Position numbers and translations under genes: made by a program | Notes under the pieces: model-generated | What the model was told of the DNA's origin: nothing | Database searches by the model: none | The model's input: only the letters and a program-made list of their open reading frames with translations | From: Candidatus Fiminaster equi | Lineage (GTDB): Bacteria > Bacillota_I > Bacilli_A > RFN20 > CAG-826 | Reading direction: 5' to 3' | NCBI GenBank assembly: GCA_018064745.1 | Contig: JAGHUR010000011.1 | Location: forward strand, 6,137 to 70,136 | Length of the DNA: 64,000 bases | Shown here: one piece after another, positions 51,045-61,620 of the stretch | Position numbering within the stretch: the stretch's first letter is position 1 | Layout of the letters: every line of letters begins with the position of its first letter

Positions 51045-51896
51045 ATGAATAAAGTACAAATTATATGTGATTCTACAATAGATATCACGCAAGAATTATG
51101 CCAAAAATATGGCATTGATGTAATTCCATTACACGTCAGCTTTGGTGATGAAGACTATTTAGATGGTCAAAACATTACACTTGAGCAATTATACGCAAAA
51201 GTTAAAGAATATGGAGAACTTCCACATACTGCTGCGGTTTCTTCTGCAATCTTCGAAGAAGAATTCAAGAAATTTATCGACAAAGGTATGGATGTCGTTT
51301 ATGTTGGCATTGGAAGTACACTTTCAAGTGCATTCCAAAGTGCATATATTGCAAAGCAATCATTTCCAGATGATAGAGTAGCGTTGATTGACTCTAAAAA
51401 CCTTTCAACAGCATCTGCAATTTTAGCAATTAAAGCTGCTAAATTACGCGATGAAGGTAAATCAGCAGTAGAAATAGCTGAAGAAGTTCAAAAACTTGTT
51501 CCAAATGTTGTTGGTCAATTTTCAATTGAACAATTTGAATATTTACATAAAGGCGGAAGATGTTCCGGTGCTGCAAAAGTTGTTGGCACATTATTACATA
51601 TTCGTCCTTTCTTAAGAGTTATTGATGGAAAACTTCTTGTTTACAAGAAACCGCGTGGTCCAATGAAAGTTGCAATTAATGAACAAATTAATGGAATGAA
51701 AGAAGATGCTCCAAACATTGATGAAACAGTGGTATTCATTACACATACAGGTATGGCACCTGGAATGGTTGAATGGGTTCAAGAAGAAGTTGGTAAAATT
51801 GTTGATCCTAAATCAATTGTTGTAACAACAGCCGGGGCTGTTATTGGTTCACATTGTGGCCCAGGAACATTAGGAATCATTTATTTAAAAAAATAA
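51045..51896 (+). CDS. DegV-family fatty-acid-binding protein (FakB-like)
   Basis: 283 aa. DegV N-terminal pattern MNKVQIICDSTIDIT. Confidence 0.85.
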   Translation: MNKVQIICDSTIDITQELCQKYGIDVIPLHVSFGDEDYLDGQNITLEQLYAKVKEYGELPHTAAVSSAIFEEEFKKFIDKGMDVVYVGIGSTLSSAFQSAYIAKQSFPDDRVALIDSKNLSTASAILAIKAAKLRDEGKSAVEIAEEVQKLVPNVVGQFSIEQFEYLHKGGRCSGAAKVVGTLLHIRPFLRVIDGKLLVYKKPRGPMKVAINEQINGMKEDAPNIDETVVFITHTGMAPGMVEWVQEEVGKIVDPKSIVVTTAGAVIGSHCGPGTLGIIYLKK

Positions 51897-51901
51897 AAAT
51901 A

Positions 51902-51934
51902 AAAAACATCAGGTTTGAAATCTGATGTTTTTAT
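51902..51934. terminator. Bidirectional terminator (degV / membrane-protein operon)
   Basis: aacatcagg-tttgaaat-ctgatgtt hairpin with flanking A/T tracts. Confidence 0.7.
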
Positions 51935-51948
51935 TAATAAATTAATAA

Positions 51949-53124
51949 TTAAGCGCGTTTTTCCTTTTTGTAATTCTTTTTCACACGGTGTGCAAGTATC
52001 GTGTACACGATTGTAAATGGAATTAATGCTAAGTAAAGAATTGATGGAATGAATGAAGAAGTTGTAACATTCAATGTCAAACTACTTAGGACAGATTTGA
52101 ATTCTTCCATAGGAAGGACTCCTGCAATTTGTGGAAGGAATTTACTTGTTGCAATTGTTAATGTAATTCCTAATAAAAGTTGTATTGAAGCAAAAACGAA
52201 TACATACCAGGATTTGACCCAACATTTTTTACGTCTAATTATTCTAATGATAGAAACAATTGCAAGTACAGCCCATGGTGCAACAAATGCCATTAATGCG
52301 ATGAAATAATACAAGCTGTATTCTGAGAAGGAAGATGCAAACCCATCAAGAGTCTCATTTAATTTTCCTTGAAGTGTATCTCTTATCTTTTGTTTAAGGT
52401 TAACAATTTTACCGTCAGCATCACAGAATTCATTTTCAATGAATTTGTTTTTCATTTCAATTCTAACACTTTCGGTCATTTCATTGCCAATTTTTGTTGT
52501 ATCAGCGAACTCTTCAACGTGAGCTTGGTTTGCTAATCTACTTGCAACATCTTTCATTCTGTCTGTAACAACTTCATCCATAACCTTGTCGATAGTAGGA
52601 TCTTCTTCTGTAGCTTTTTTATAAACATCTTCTGCAAATGTACTGAAATATTCTTCGTTAAGTCCGGCATCGCTCATAGCTTTATCGCGATCTGTTGTAG
52701 GGCTTAATTCAACAATTTTATTTTCGACAGACTCTCTAATAATTTTCTTAGCAACATTAGTTGCTGTTTTGTGAACAACATCTTCTAAGATTGGTGTTAT
52801 GTCATTCATTACATTTGTTTTTGCCTCTTCGAGAGGTTCTGTAATGCTGTTTTTTAAACCCTCTTTATCTGTGAATTTTAAAACATATTTAGCTTCGACT
52901 GTTGCTTTAACCTTAATATCAACGGTTTTGTCTTTGACAATTTCATCAACTTCATCACCAGTAATATCTTTTCCGGCAGCATCTTTAACCATTGATGATA
53001 ATTGATCTGATTGGATTTTATATCCTCCATCAATATCGATATATGGTTTTGTAAAGAAGCAAGTAATTGCTACCGCTGCAATTACTAAATAGACGAGATT
53101 TAAAATCTTAATCACAACTTTCAT
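51949..53124 (-). CDS. Hypothetical membrane protein (N-terminal TM, about 230-aa charged extracytoplasmic region, 4 C-terminal TM), last gene of the tldD-tldE operon
   Basis: 391 aa. No recognisable catalytic motif. AAGGAG RBS. 50 nt downstream of tldE. Confidence 0.5.
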   Translation of the reverse strand: MKVVIKILNLVYLVIAAVAITCFFTKPYIDIDGGYKIQSDQLSSMVKDAAGKDITGDEVDEIVKDKTVDIKVKATVEAKYVLKFTDKEGLKNSITEPLEEAKTNVMNDITPILEDVVHKTATNVAKKIIRESVENKIVELSPTTDRDKAMSDAGLNEEYFSTFAEDVYKKATEEDPTIDKVMDEVVTDRMKDVASRLANQAHVEEFADTTKIGNEMTESVRIEMKNKFIENEFCDADGKIVNLKQKIRDTLQGKLNETLDGFASSFSEYSLYYFIALMAFVAPWAVLAIVSIIRIIRRKKCWVKSWYVFVFASIQLLLGITLTIATSKFLPQIAGVLPMEEFKSVLSSLTLNVTTSSFIPSILYLALIPFTIVYTILAHRVKKNYKKEKRA

Positions 53125-53174
53125 ATTTAAAACTCCTTATGCAAAATTTTATATTCTAAATTAAATTTTGTCTA

Positions 53175-54506
53175 TTATTTTCCGCTGATAGACATCTTAC
53201 TTATATAAATATATGGACATTCAGTGGTGGTTCTGATGACTAATTCAGTTTCCTTTGATAACCCTTTAATGTTGGAGAACATATTTACTAAATTATCAGC
53301 AACAGTGATAAGGGCAACTGGCTCTGCAATTTTGCCATCTCTAATCATAAATCCACCGCACGGAAGAGAGAAGTTTCCTGATTGAGAATTCATTCCTGAA
53401 TGTAAGCCTTGGAGTTCAGTAATAAGCACGCCTTCTTTTATTTCAGAAAAGAGCTCATTTTTTGATTTTCGTCCAGGTTTTACCGCTAAAAATGCAGTAT
53501 CTGCTGATGCTTTTGATCCAGCACGGTAACCATTTCCTGTTGGTTCAACACCAGCGATTTGAGCTGTTTGAAGAGTGTATAAGTAGGTTTTTAAAACACC
53601 ATTTTTGATGATTGCTTTTTTGTTAGTAGCAACACCTTCATCATCAAAATATCTAAAGAACAAATTCTTTCTTAATGGATCTTCAATAACTGTTAATTTT
53701 TTGCTTGCAATTTGTTGATTTAGTTTTCCTTCGAATAAAGAAGTGTGTTTTTGAACCTCTTCTGCATCAACAGAGCTCAATAAATGACGTAAAAGAGTTG
53801 ATGCACACTCTGGAGTGAGTACAACAGGGTACTTTTTCGATGGACATTGTATTGAACCAAGTTTGTCTAAGGCATCTTTTGCACATTCTTCAACAAATTT
53901 GTCAACATTGAACTCATTTGGATCAATGGAAGCAAAAATTTTGAAACCCGTTCTTACCTCATCGCCTTGCTTTGCTGTGATCTCTGCGAAGTATGAGTAA
54001 TCTGCAATTTTACTATTTAACTTTAAACCATATGAATTTGATAATTTTTCTTCGCTTAAACTTTCTTCATAACCAACTGTTACAACTTCATTAATACGTT
54101 TATCATAATTCTTTAATTTTCTTTCAATTTCAAGCAAAATACCCACTTTTTCCTGGATATTTCCGCTTAAAACGTTTTTGTTGAAGACAGATTTTTTATG
54201 ATATTTTTCGCTACCTTTAAAGATGATACTTGGGTCATCATTTTCGATTACTCCAGCGGTTCTTTTTATGCTATTAATTAAGAAGTTTGGAGCGTCTTTA
54301 TCAATAGCTTCTGTAGTGGCTGAACCAAACTTTCCATTGATAATTCCGCGGGCAGTAATTGTATGGGTATCATGTTCAGTCATTGAATCAACTTCGCCAT
54401 GGAAAATTGAGGTAGAAAGTGAGTAATTTCTCTTCAAATAAAGATCAGCTGATTCAAATTTATTTTCTTTTGCTAATTCAAAGAATTTTTGTTCATTTAA
54501 TTTCAT
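53175..54506 (-). CDS. tldE: TldE/PmbA-family metalloprotease subunit
   Basis: 443 aa. TldD/PmbA fold (PmbA_TldD). Lacks HExxxH. Overlaps the tldD stop. Confidence 0.8.
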   Translation of the reverse strand: MKLNEQKFFELAKENKFESADLYLKRNYSLSTSIFHGEVDSMTEHDTHTITARGIINGKFGSATTEAIDKDAPNFLINSIKRTAGVIENDDPSIIFKGSEKYHKKSVFNKNVLSGNIQEKVGILLEIERKLKNYDKRINEVVTVGYEESLSEEKLSNSYGLKLNSKIADYSYFAEITAKQGDEVRTGFKIFASIDPNEFNVDKFVEECAKDALDKLGSIQCPSKKYPVVLTPECASTLLRHLLSSVDAEEVQKHTSLFEGKLNQQIASKKLTVIEDPLRKNLFFRYFDDEGVATNKKAIIKNGVLKTYLYTLQTAQIAGVEPTGNGYRAGSKASADTAFLAVKPGRKSKNELFSEIKEGVLITELQGLHSGMNSQSGNFSLPCGGFMIRDGKIAEPVALITVADNLVNMFSNIKGLSKETELVIRTTTECPYIYISKMSISGK

Positions 54507-55900
54507 TTGATTTCTCCTCCATTTCCGCCAACTGTCATTTCACTGACTCTAATTGTTGGTTGGCCAACATCAACTGGACAATAGCCAGATGCAGCACCGC
54601 ACATTCCTTGTGCTCTTGCTAAGTCGTTTCCAACCATATCAATTTTCATTAAGACGTCTTGACCTGTTCCAATAATGGATGCACCTCTAACTGGTTCGCA
54701 AATTTTGCCATCTCTTACTATGTAAGCAACTGAACATCCAAAGTTAAATTCGCCAGTAACAGGATTAACAGATCCACCAGCTAATGATTGTGCGTATAAA
54801 CCGAATTTTGTAGCTTTAATAATTTCTTCAGGAGTGGACTTTCCATTACAAATAAATGTATTGGACATTCTAGAAGTAGGTTCAAAACGGTAAGATTGTC
54901 TTCGACAAGCTCCATTTCCTGTTAATCCCATTCTTCTTCCATTGAAATCATCAATCAAATAGTTTTTTAAAATACCATTTTCAATCAATAAAGTTTTTTG
55001 GGTTGGATTTCCTTCATCATCAACATTGTTTGAACCCCAACCATTTGGGATTGTTCCATCGTCGATGGCTGAAACGACAGGAGAAGCAATTTGTTGACCA
55101 ATCTTGTTTGCAAAAACTGATAAACCCTTACTAACTGCACTTGCTTCAAGTGGGTGCCCACAAGCTTCATGGAACAAAGTTCCACCAAAGCCATTTCCAA
55201 TAATAACTGGCATTTTTCCACTTGGGCATTCTTTTGCTTCAAGCATCATGATTGCGTTGTGTGCAACTCTATTTGCAACTTCTTTAATATCTACATTTTT
55301 TAAGAAAAATTCAAAACCAGCAGAAGCGCCCGGTCCTTCAAAACCAGTTTCAATTTTTCCGCCCTCTGCTGCAACGCATGAGAGCGCGCATCTTCCGCGT
55401 TCTTTTTCATCTAAAATAATAAACCCTTTTGAGTTGATAATTTGAATGTTTGAATGTTGGTGAGAAAGTGATGCATTTGTTCTGACAATTCTTTTGTCAA
55501 ATCTGCTTAAAATTTCTTCACCAGATTTTAAATAATTTATGACTTCTTGGTCGCTAACTGTATCGAAAGGAATTTCTGATTTTGATAGGGTTTTTGCGGT
55601 CTTTTTTGTCAAATTATCCAAGAAAACGCATTGTTTTTCATGGAACGACTTGGACAATGATTCAATTAATTTTGTGATGGATTTTTCGTTAACTTCATTA
55701 GTGAATCCATAAACACTTTGATAGCCTTTTAAAAGTCTAACTCCAGCACCAAAAGTACGGTTGATTGAAGAGGTCTCAACTTTGCCATTTTCGATGACAA
55801 TATTTTGGGATGTTTTGTCTTCAATAAAAATCTCTGCATAATCAGCACCAGTGAGTAAGCCTTTTTGAAGTATTCTTAAACCTTGAGCTTTGTTTAACAT
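54503..55900 (-). CDS. tldD: TldD-family metalloprotease
   Basis: 465 aa. HEACGH zinc motif (LFHEACGHPLE). Confidence 0.85.
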   Translation of the reverse strand: MLNKAQGLRILQKGLLTGADYAEIFIEDKTSQNIVIENGKVETSSINRTFGAGVRLLKGYQSVYGFTNEVNEKSITKLIESLSKSFHEKQCVFLDNLTKKTAKTLSKSEIPFDTVSDQEVINYLKSGEEILSRFDKRIVRTNASLSHQHSNIQIINSKGFIILDEKERGRCALSCVAAEGGKIETGFEGPGASAGFEFFLKNVDIKEVANRVAHNAIMMLEAKECPSGKMPVIIGNGFGGTLFHEACGHPLEASAVSKGLSVFANKIGQQIASPVVSAIDDGTIPNGWGSNNVDDEGNPTQKTLLIENGILKNYLIDDFNGRRMGLTGNGACRRQSYRFEPTSRMSNTFICNGKSTPEEIIKATKFGLYAQSLAGGSVNPVTGEFNFGCSVAYIVRDGKICEPVRGASIIGTGQDVLMKIDMVGNDLARAQGMCGAASGYCPVDVGQPTIRVSEMTVGGNGGEIK

Positions 55901-56052
55901 ATGAAACTCCTTTTTGTGATTAGTATTATATAGATTTTTTGTGAAGATATAAATAAATTATATTTTTTCTTGCTTTTGCTTTTTAACATGTTAACATTAT
56001 AAGGCACTTTCTTTAGGAGCCACAGAGCCCTAAGGCGGAAGGAGTTAGATTT

Positions 56053-56256
56053 ATGAAAAAGGATATTCACCCAGAAGTTTACGAAGTAGAGGTTACTTGT
56101 GTCTCATGCGGAAGCAAGTTCAAAACACATTCCACACGCAAGGAAATTCACGTTGATACTTGCGCAAATTGCCACCCATTCTATACTGGCAAACAAAGAT
56201 TCGTTTCTACAGATGGCCGTGTTGATCGTTTCAACAAGAAATACGGTTTAAAATAA
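56053..56256 (+). CDS. rpmE: 50S ribosomal protein L31 (zinc-ribbon type A)
   Basis: 67 aa. CxxC...CxxC (CVSCGS...CANCHPF). Confidence 0.92.
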   Translation: MKKDIHPEVYEVEVTCVSCGSKFKTHSTRKEIHVDTCANCHPFYTGKQRFVSTDGRVDRFNKKYGLK

Positions 56257-56274
56257 GAAACATTGGTAAAAATA

Positions 56275-56308
56275 TAAAACTCGCGGCATGTTCGCGAGTT
56301 TTTTTTAA
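56275..56308 (+). terminator. rpmE terminator
   Basis: actcgcg-gcatgtt-cgcgagt hairpin plus tttttttt. Confidence 0.8.
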
Positions 56309-56377
56309 AATTTCTATATATTAATTATGTTTCGCTTTATTTTATAAAATAAGGGTTCTATAATATTTACATAGGAA

Positions 56378-57385
56378 GTGATAAATATGAGATTATTTAG
56401 AACAGTCAGTGTTATATCAACGGCAATTGTTTCATTTTGCTGTACGGCGTGTGGAGTTGATGAAAGTACATTGTATAAAATTGCAGTTACAAAAGCTCCA
56501 GATAAGATTAGTTATGTTGCCGGTGAAAAATTTGATCCTAAGGGAATGGAAGTAACTGGTTATTATGCTGAAGATAAAACAAAAGAGATTGAAGATTATA
56601 CATACACTCCAACAAAGGCTTTATCTACTTCTAACAAAACAGTGACAATTACTTACAAAGGTTTTAAATGTACAACTAAAATTAGTGTAAGCATTGCACC
56701 AAAACCAGACCCAGAAGGATATTACAAAGAATGTGAAGGTCTTCAAGGATCCCAATTAGAAGACAAACTTAAAGAGATTAATACACCACGTTCTCCAAGC
56801 TATGATTGGAAGAGATATGAAGCTGCAGATGAATCTGCAACTGATCCAAGTTGCATATTATCTTTGTATACAAGACACGACATTCCTAAAAATAATCACT
56901 GCGGTAACTATGCCTGGAATTATTGGAATAGAGAACACATATGGACACAAACCGCTTATCCAAATTCAAAACAAGATAATCACAATATCTTTGCTTGTGA
57001 AGGCCAAATAAATGCATATAGAGGTGATTTACCATTTGGTGAAGTATCTCATACCTCTGGAAATACAAAGAAAATTTTTGGTCACGATGTAGATTGTTAT
57101 TGGACAAGTAGTCGTTTTGAACCATGCGATGACGCCAAAGGCGAAGTTGCTAGAGCAGTTATGTATGGAACAGTTCAATATTCATATGACATTACTGATA
57201 TGATTTCAATCGACCTTGCTCTTAAATGGCACCTTGAACATCCTATCACTACTAGAGATCAAAATAGAAATAGTGTTGTTTATACACTTCAAGGAAACAG
57301 AAACCCATTTGTTGATCACCCTGAATATGCTTGTAAGATTTGGGGAACAACAAACTCTGCCACAAAGAAAATTTGTGGAATGTAA
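56378..57385 (+). CDS. Secreted/lipoprotein endonuclease I family nuclease (EndA/Vvn-like) with N-terminal Ig-like domain
   Basis: Signal peptide with Cys-rich lipobox region. Motifs align with endonuclease I: REHIWT (EWEHVVP), AYRGDLPFG (GDRGNF), RAVMY, GNRNPFVDHP (GNHNPYV). Confidence 0.65.
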   Translation: MINMRLFRTVSVISTAIVSFCCTACGVDESTLYKIAVTKAPDKISYVAGEKFDPKGMEVTGYYAEDKTKEIEDYTYTPTKALSTSNKTVTITYKGFKCTTKISVSIAPKPDPEGYYKECEGLQGSQLEDKLKEINTPRSPSYDWKRYEAADESATDPSCILSLYTRHDIPKNNHCGNYAWNYWNREHIWTQTAYPNSKQDNHNIFACEGQINAYRGDLPFGEVSHTSGNTKKIFGHDVDCYWTSSRFEPCDDAKGEVARAVMYGTVQYSYDITDMISIDLALKWHLEHPITTRDQNRNSVVYTLQGNRNPFVDHPEYACKIWGTTNSATKKICGM

Positions 57386-57413
57386 TTTTTAATAAGAACA
57401 AGGAGTACCTCAT

Positions 57414-58991
57414 ATGAAAAACAAGTTCTACATTACTACGCCAATTTATTACCCAAGCGCGGAAGCGCACATAGGACACGCTTATTGCACAACCATGTGT
57501 GATATTTTAGCGCGTTCAAAACGAATGCGTGGTTTTGAAACTTATTTTTTAACTGGTACTGATGAACATGGCGAAAAGATCCAAAAGAAAGCTGCTGAAA
57601 AAGGCGTTACTCCTCAACAATATGTTGATGAAATTGCAGCTAAGTTCCAAGATTTATGGAAAGCCATGAGAATTTCAAATGATGATTTTATTAGAACGAC
57701 TCAAGAAAGACACACTAAAGTAGTTCAAAACATCTTTTCTACATTGTATAAAAACGAAGATATTTACCTTGGTAAATACGAAGGTTGGTATTGCACCCCT
57801 TGTGAATCTTTTTGGACTGATACTCAAGTTGGTGAAGAACGCCTTTGTCCAGATTGCCATAGAGAAGTTCATAAAGCTTCTGAAGAATGTTATTTCTTCA
57901 AGACAAATAAATATCTTGATGAACTATTAAAATATTATGATGAAAACCCAAAATTCATTACACCAATCAATCGTAAGAATGAAATGATGAATACATTCAT
58001 TAAGAACGGCCTTGATGATTTATGTGTTTCTAGAACAACTTTTGATTGGGGTGTTCCAGTTTTAGAAAACCCAAAACACGTTATGTATGTTTGGTTAGAC
58101 GCACTTTGTAATTATATTACAGCTTTAGGATATGGCTCTGAAAATACAGATAAGTTTGAAAAATTCTGGAATGATCCAAATACCGAAATTGTGCACGTTG
58201 TAGGCGCAGACATTACACGTTTCCACGTTATCTATTGGCCAATGTTTTTAAAAGGACTTAATCTTAGATTACCAGACAGAGTTTTCGTCCATGGTCTTTT
58301 AGATCTAAACGGCGAGAAGATGTCAAAGAGTCGCGGAAACGTTGTTTCGCCTCTTCCACTAATTGAAAGATATGGCGTTGATACAGTTCGTTGGTTCTTG
58401 GCAAAAGAATTCTCATTTGGTAGTGACGGAAGATTTACTCCAGAGTTATTTGCCGACCGCGTAAATGTAGATCTCGCTAACAATTTTGGCAACCTCGTTA
58501 ACCGTACCACTTCAATGATTTCAAAATACTTCGATGGTATTGTGCCAGAACTTAAAAATCCTGGAGAAAATGAGCGAAATATTGAGGTTTTGACGGAGAA
58601 AACAGTTAAAGCTTATGAGAATTTGATGGATGATTTGAAGGTTACTGAAGCCCTTCATGAAGTCATCAATTTGCTCAATGTTGCAAACAAATATATTGAA
58701 GAATCTCAACCTTGGGTTTTATCAAAAGAAGGCAAGATTGAAGAACTCGGAAATGTTATGGCAGTTTTAACAAATTGTATTATTGTTGGAACTAAACTTT
58801 TGTCCCCAGTATTAGTTGAATCTGCTCCAAAAGTTTTCGCATTATTTAATTTAACTGAAAAACAACAATCTTATGAATCAGTTCATGACTTTTGCTGCTT
58901 TGCAGGAAATCATGTTGATAAAGGAACACCATTGTTCCCACGTTTAGATGTTGCAGTGGAGACCGAATTTATTAATTCGTTGACAAAATAA
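57414..58991 (+). CDS. metG: Methionine--tRNA ligase (short form)
   Basis: HIGH motif EAHIGHAY. KMSKS motif EKMSKSRGN. Zinc knuckle CTPCES...CPDCH. Confidence 0.93.
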   Translation: MKNKFYITTPIYYPSAEAHIGHAYCTTMCDILARSKRMRGFETYFLTGTDEHGEKIQKKAAEKGVTPQQYVDEIAAKFQDLWKAMRISNDDFIRTTQERHTKVVQNIFSTLYKNEDIYLGKYEGWYCTPCESFWTDTQVGEERLCPDCHREVHKASEECYFFKTNKYLDELLKYYDENPKFITPINRKNEMMNTFIKNGLDDLCVSRTTFDWGVPVLENPKHVMYVWLDALCNYITALGYGSENTDKFEKFWNDPNTEIVHVVGADITRFHVIYWPMFLKGLNLRLPDRVFVHGLLDLNGEKMSKSRGNVVSPLPLIERYGVDTVRWFLAKEFSFGSDGRFTPELFADRVNVDLANNFGNLVNRTTSMISKYFDGIVPELKNPGENERNIEVLTEKTVKAYENLMDDLKVTEALHEVINLLNVANKYIEESQPWVLSKEGKIEELGNVMAVLTNCIIVGTKLLSPVLVESAPKVFALFNLTEKQQSYESVHDFCCFAGNHVDKGTPLFPRLDVAVETEFINSLTK

Positions 58992-58992
58992 T

Positions 58993-61620
58993 ATGGGCAA
59001 GTACGATCAAAACAAAACACCATATTTAGATGCTCTTAAAAAGTATCTTTCTGATGACGTTCTTCAATTAGATGTTCCAGGACACGAAAGAGGAACATTA
59101 CCAAGTAAGTTTAGAAACTTTATTGGAGACTCTGTCTATAACGCTGACGTAAACGCGCCTATTGGAATGGACAATTTAGCCAATCCACAAGGAGTTCTTT
59201 TAGAAGCAGAAAAATATTTTGCTGATTTTGCTAATGCAGACAAGTCATTTTTCCTAGTTAACGGAACCTCTAGTGGCATTCTCGCTATGATTATGGTCGC
59301 GTGCAGTGCTAACGAGAAAATTATTCTCCCACGCAACGTGCACAAATCAATTATTTCTGCTCTTATTCTTTCTGGTGCTTCACCAATTTTTATTGCACCA
59401 AAAATTGATGCAGATTTAGAAATTGCTAATCAACCAACAGTTGATGATTATATTAATGCTATGCATAAATATCCTTCAGTGAAAGCAATTTTTGTTATTA
59501 ACCCAACTTATTTTGGCGCAGTTAATGACTTAAAACATTTAGTTGAAGAAGCTCACGCTAGAGGAATTGCGGTTTTGGTCGATGAAGCACACGGTGCTCA
59601 TTACTATTTTGATAAACAAGGACCAATTTCAGCCATGGATGCTGGAGCTGATATGTCTTCAGTTTCTTTCCACAAGACTGGTGGAAGTTTAACTCAATCA
59701 TCTGTTTTACTCCTCAAATCTAAACTTATTGATAGAGCTAGAGTTCAAAAAACTCTTAACATTTTAAACACAACTTCCCCATCCACAATTCTTATGGCAT
59801 CAATTGATTCCGCAAGATCATTTGCAGCCACAAAAGGCCAAGAATATATGGAAAAACTCCATGAAGTTTCTAAATATGGTCGTGAACAGATTGCAAAAAT
59901 TAATGGATTTGTTCCTTGTGGAAAAGAACATTTTAAAACTCGTGGTTGCTATGATTATGATGAAACAAAACTTGTTATCAAGCTTGAACATTTAGACATT
60001 AATGGTTTTGATGTTTATCAACTGCTCAAGAAAAAATACAACATTCAAATTGAGTTAGCAGAAACATATGTCATTATGGGCGTTTTATCAATGGCATTTA
60101 CAAAACAAAAAATGAATCGTTTAATTGCTGCACTCAAAGACATTTCAAAAAATCATTACAATAAAAAATACAATTATGAACGTCACGCCTTTGGCGTTGA
60201 TTTCCCATTCCAAGTCGTTAGACCAAGAAGTGCTTTCCATGCACCAGGAAATAAAGTTTTACTTAAAGATGCAGTTAACTGCATCTCTAGAGAATCAATT
60301 ATGATTTATCCTCCAGGAATTCCTTTAATTGTTCCGGGAGAAGTTTTCACAAAAGATTTAGTCGATAGAATTTATGCCTATAAGAAAACGGGCTGCACAA
60401 TCCTTTCAGATTACCATGGAGATTACGTTAACGTAATCGATACGACAAAGTGGAGAGCTTATAGAGCTCATAAAAATAAACTTAATGACTATTTGGTCAA
60501 GAGAATTTCTACACCTCGTGCAGATGAGTTTTCTATGCCTTTTGAAGGCAATAAACACAGTGGAACTATTGTTCTTTTACCATTTAGAAAAGATACTTGG
60601 AGAAAAAATGCTGAACCAGCACTTGAAAACTACAAACAAGTTATTACCAGTATTGCAAAATATGAACCTGTTTATGTTGGAATATCTCCAAAATTATGGA
60701 ATCGCGTAATCAAAGATTACGAAGGACTTAAAAATATTTATCCAATCAAGATTGCTTATAACGATGCTTGGGCACGTGACAATTCTCCAATTTTTGTTAC
60801 AAATGGTGACAGAATGAGAATCGTTGACTTTAGATTTAATGCTTGGGGCGGTGAAGTTGATGGATTGTACTCAAACTACAAACAAGATGATGCCTTAACT
60901 AAGAATTTAGCAAAGAAATTTGGTGTCGAATGTTATAGATTAGAAGACTTCATTCTTGAAGGTGGATCAATTCATGTTGATGGGGAGGGAACTTGTCTTG
61001 TAACAAAAGCTTGCCTTCTTTCAGAAGGAAGAAATCCACACCTTAATCAATTAGAAATTGAAGAAACACTCAAGATTTATCTTGGTGTATCTAAAATTAT
61101 TTGGTTAGAACACGGAATTTATGAAGATGAGACTAATGAGCACGTCGATAATGTCGCTTGTTTCATCAAACCTGGTGTTGTTGCACTCGCGTGGACAAAT
61201 GATAAAAATGATCCTCAATATAAATTCTCAAACGATGCTTATAAAGTCCTCAAAAATTCAACTGATGCAAAAGGCAGAAAGTTAGAAATTGTTAAAATTA
61301 AGGTTCCATCACCTATTTATATGTCAAAGAAAGAATCAAAAGGTATTTCTATAGGAAAATATAATGCAAAATCACGTGTTGAAGGAAATAGACTTGCTGC
61401 AAGTTATATTAACTTCTATCAAGGAGAAAAATTTGTCATTCTTCCTGCATTTGGAGTTCCTGAAGATAAGCTTGCTAAGAAAACATTACAAGCTCTTTAT
61501 CCAGAAAAAGAAATTATTCAATTTAACACAAAAGAAATCTTGTTAGGTGGTGGAAACGTTCACTGTATAACAATGCAAATCCCATACAATAAGGAGTTTA
61601 AAAAACGAAATGAAAATTAA
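58993..61620 (+). CDS. Fusion protein: N-terminal Orn/Lys/Arg-decarboxylase-family (SpeA-like, PLP) domain plus C-terminal agmatine deiminase (AguA)
   Basis: N-terminal half of about 490 aa carries the PLP-Lys motif SFHKTGGS. The C-terminal half starting near aa 500 carries agmatine-deiminase motifs WARDNSPIF, EGGSIHVDGEGT, HVDNVACFIKPG, GGGNVHCITMQIP. Single uninterrupted 875-aa ORF. Confidence 0.8.
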   Translation: MGKYDQNKTPYLDALKKYLSDDVLQLDVPGHERGTLPSKFRNFIGDSVYNADVNAPIGMDNLANPQGVLLEAEKYFADFANADKSFFLVNGTSSGILAMIMVACSANEKIILPRNVHKSIISALILSGASPIFIAPKIDADLEIANQPTVDDYINAMHKYPSVKAIFVINPTYFGAVNDLKHLVEEAHARGIAVLVDEAHGAHYYFDKQGPISAMDAGADMSSVSFHKTGGSLTQSSVLLLKSKLIDRARVQKTLNILNTTSPSTILMASIDSARSFAATKGQEYMEKLHEVSKYGREQIAKINGFVPCGKEHFKTRGCYDYDETKLVIKLEHLDINGFDVYQLLKKKYNIQIELAETYVIMGVLSMAFTKQKMNRLIAALKDISKNHYNKKYNYERHAFGVDFPFQVVRPRSAFHAPGNKVLLKDAVNCISRESIMIYPPGIPLIVPGEVFTKDLVDRIYAYKKTGCTILSDYHGDYVNVIDTTKWRAYRAHKNKLNDYLVKRISTPRADEFSMPFEGNKHSGTIVLLPFRKDTWRKNAEPALENYKQVITSIAKYEPVYVGISPKLWNRVIKDYEGLKNIYPIKIAYNDAWARDNSPIFVTNGDRMRIVDFRFNAWGGEVDGLYSNYKQDDALTKNLAKKFGVECYRLEDFILEGGSIHVDGEGTCLVTKACLLSEGRNPHLNQLEIEETLKIYLGVSKIIWLEHGIYEDETNEHVDNVACFIKPGVVALAWTNDKNDPQYKFSNDAYKVLKNSTDAKGRKLEIVKIKVPSPIYMSKKESKGISIGKYNAKSRVEGNRLAASYINFYQGEKFVILPAFGVPEDKLAKKTLQALYPEKEIIQFNTKEILLGGGNVHCITMQIPYNKEFKKRNEN

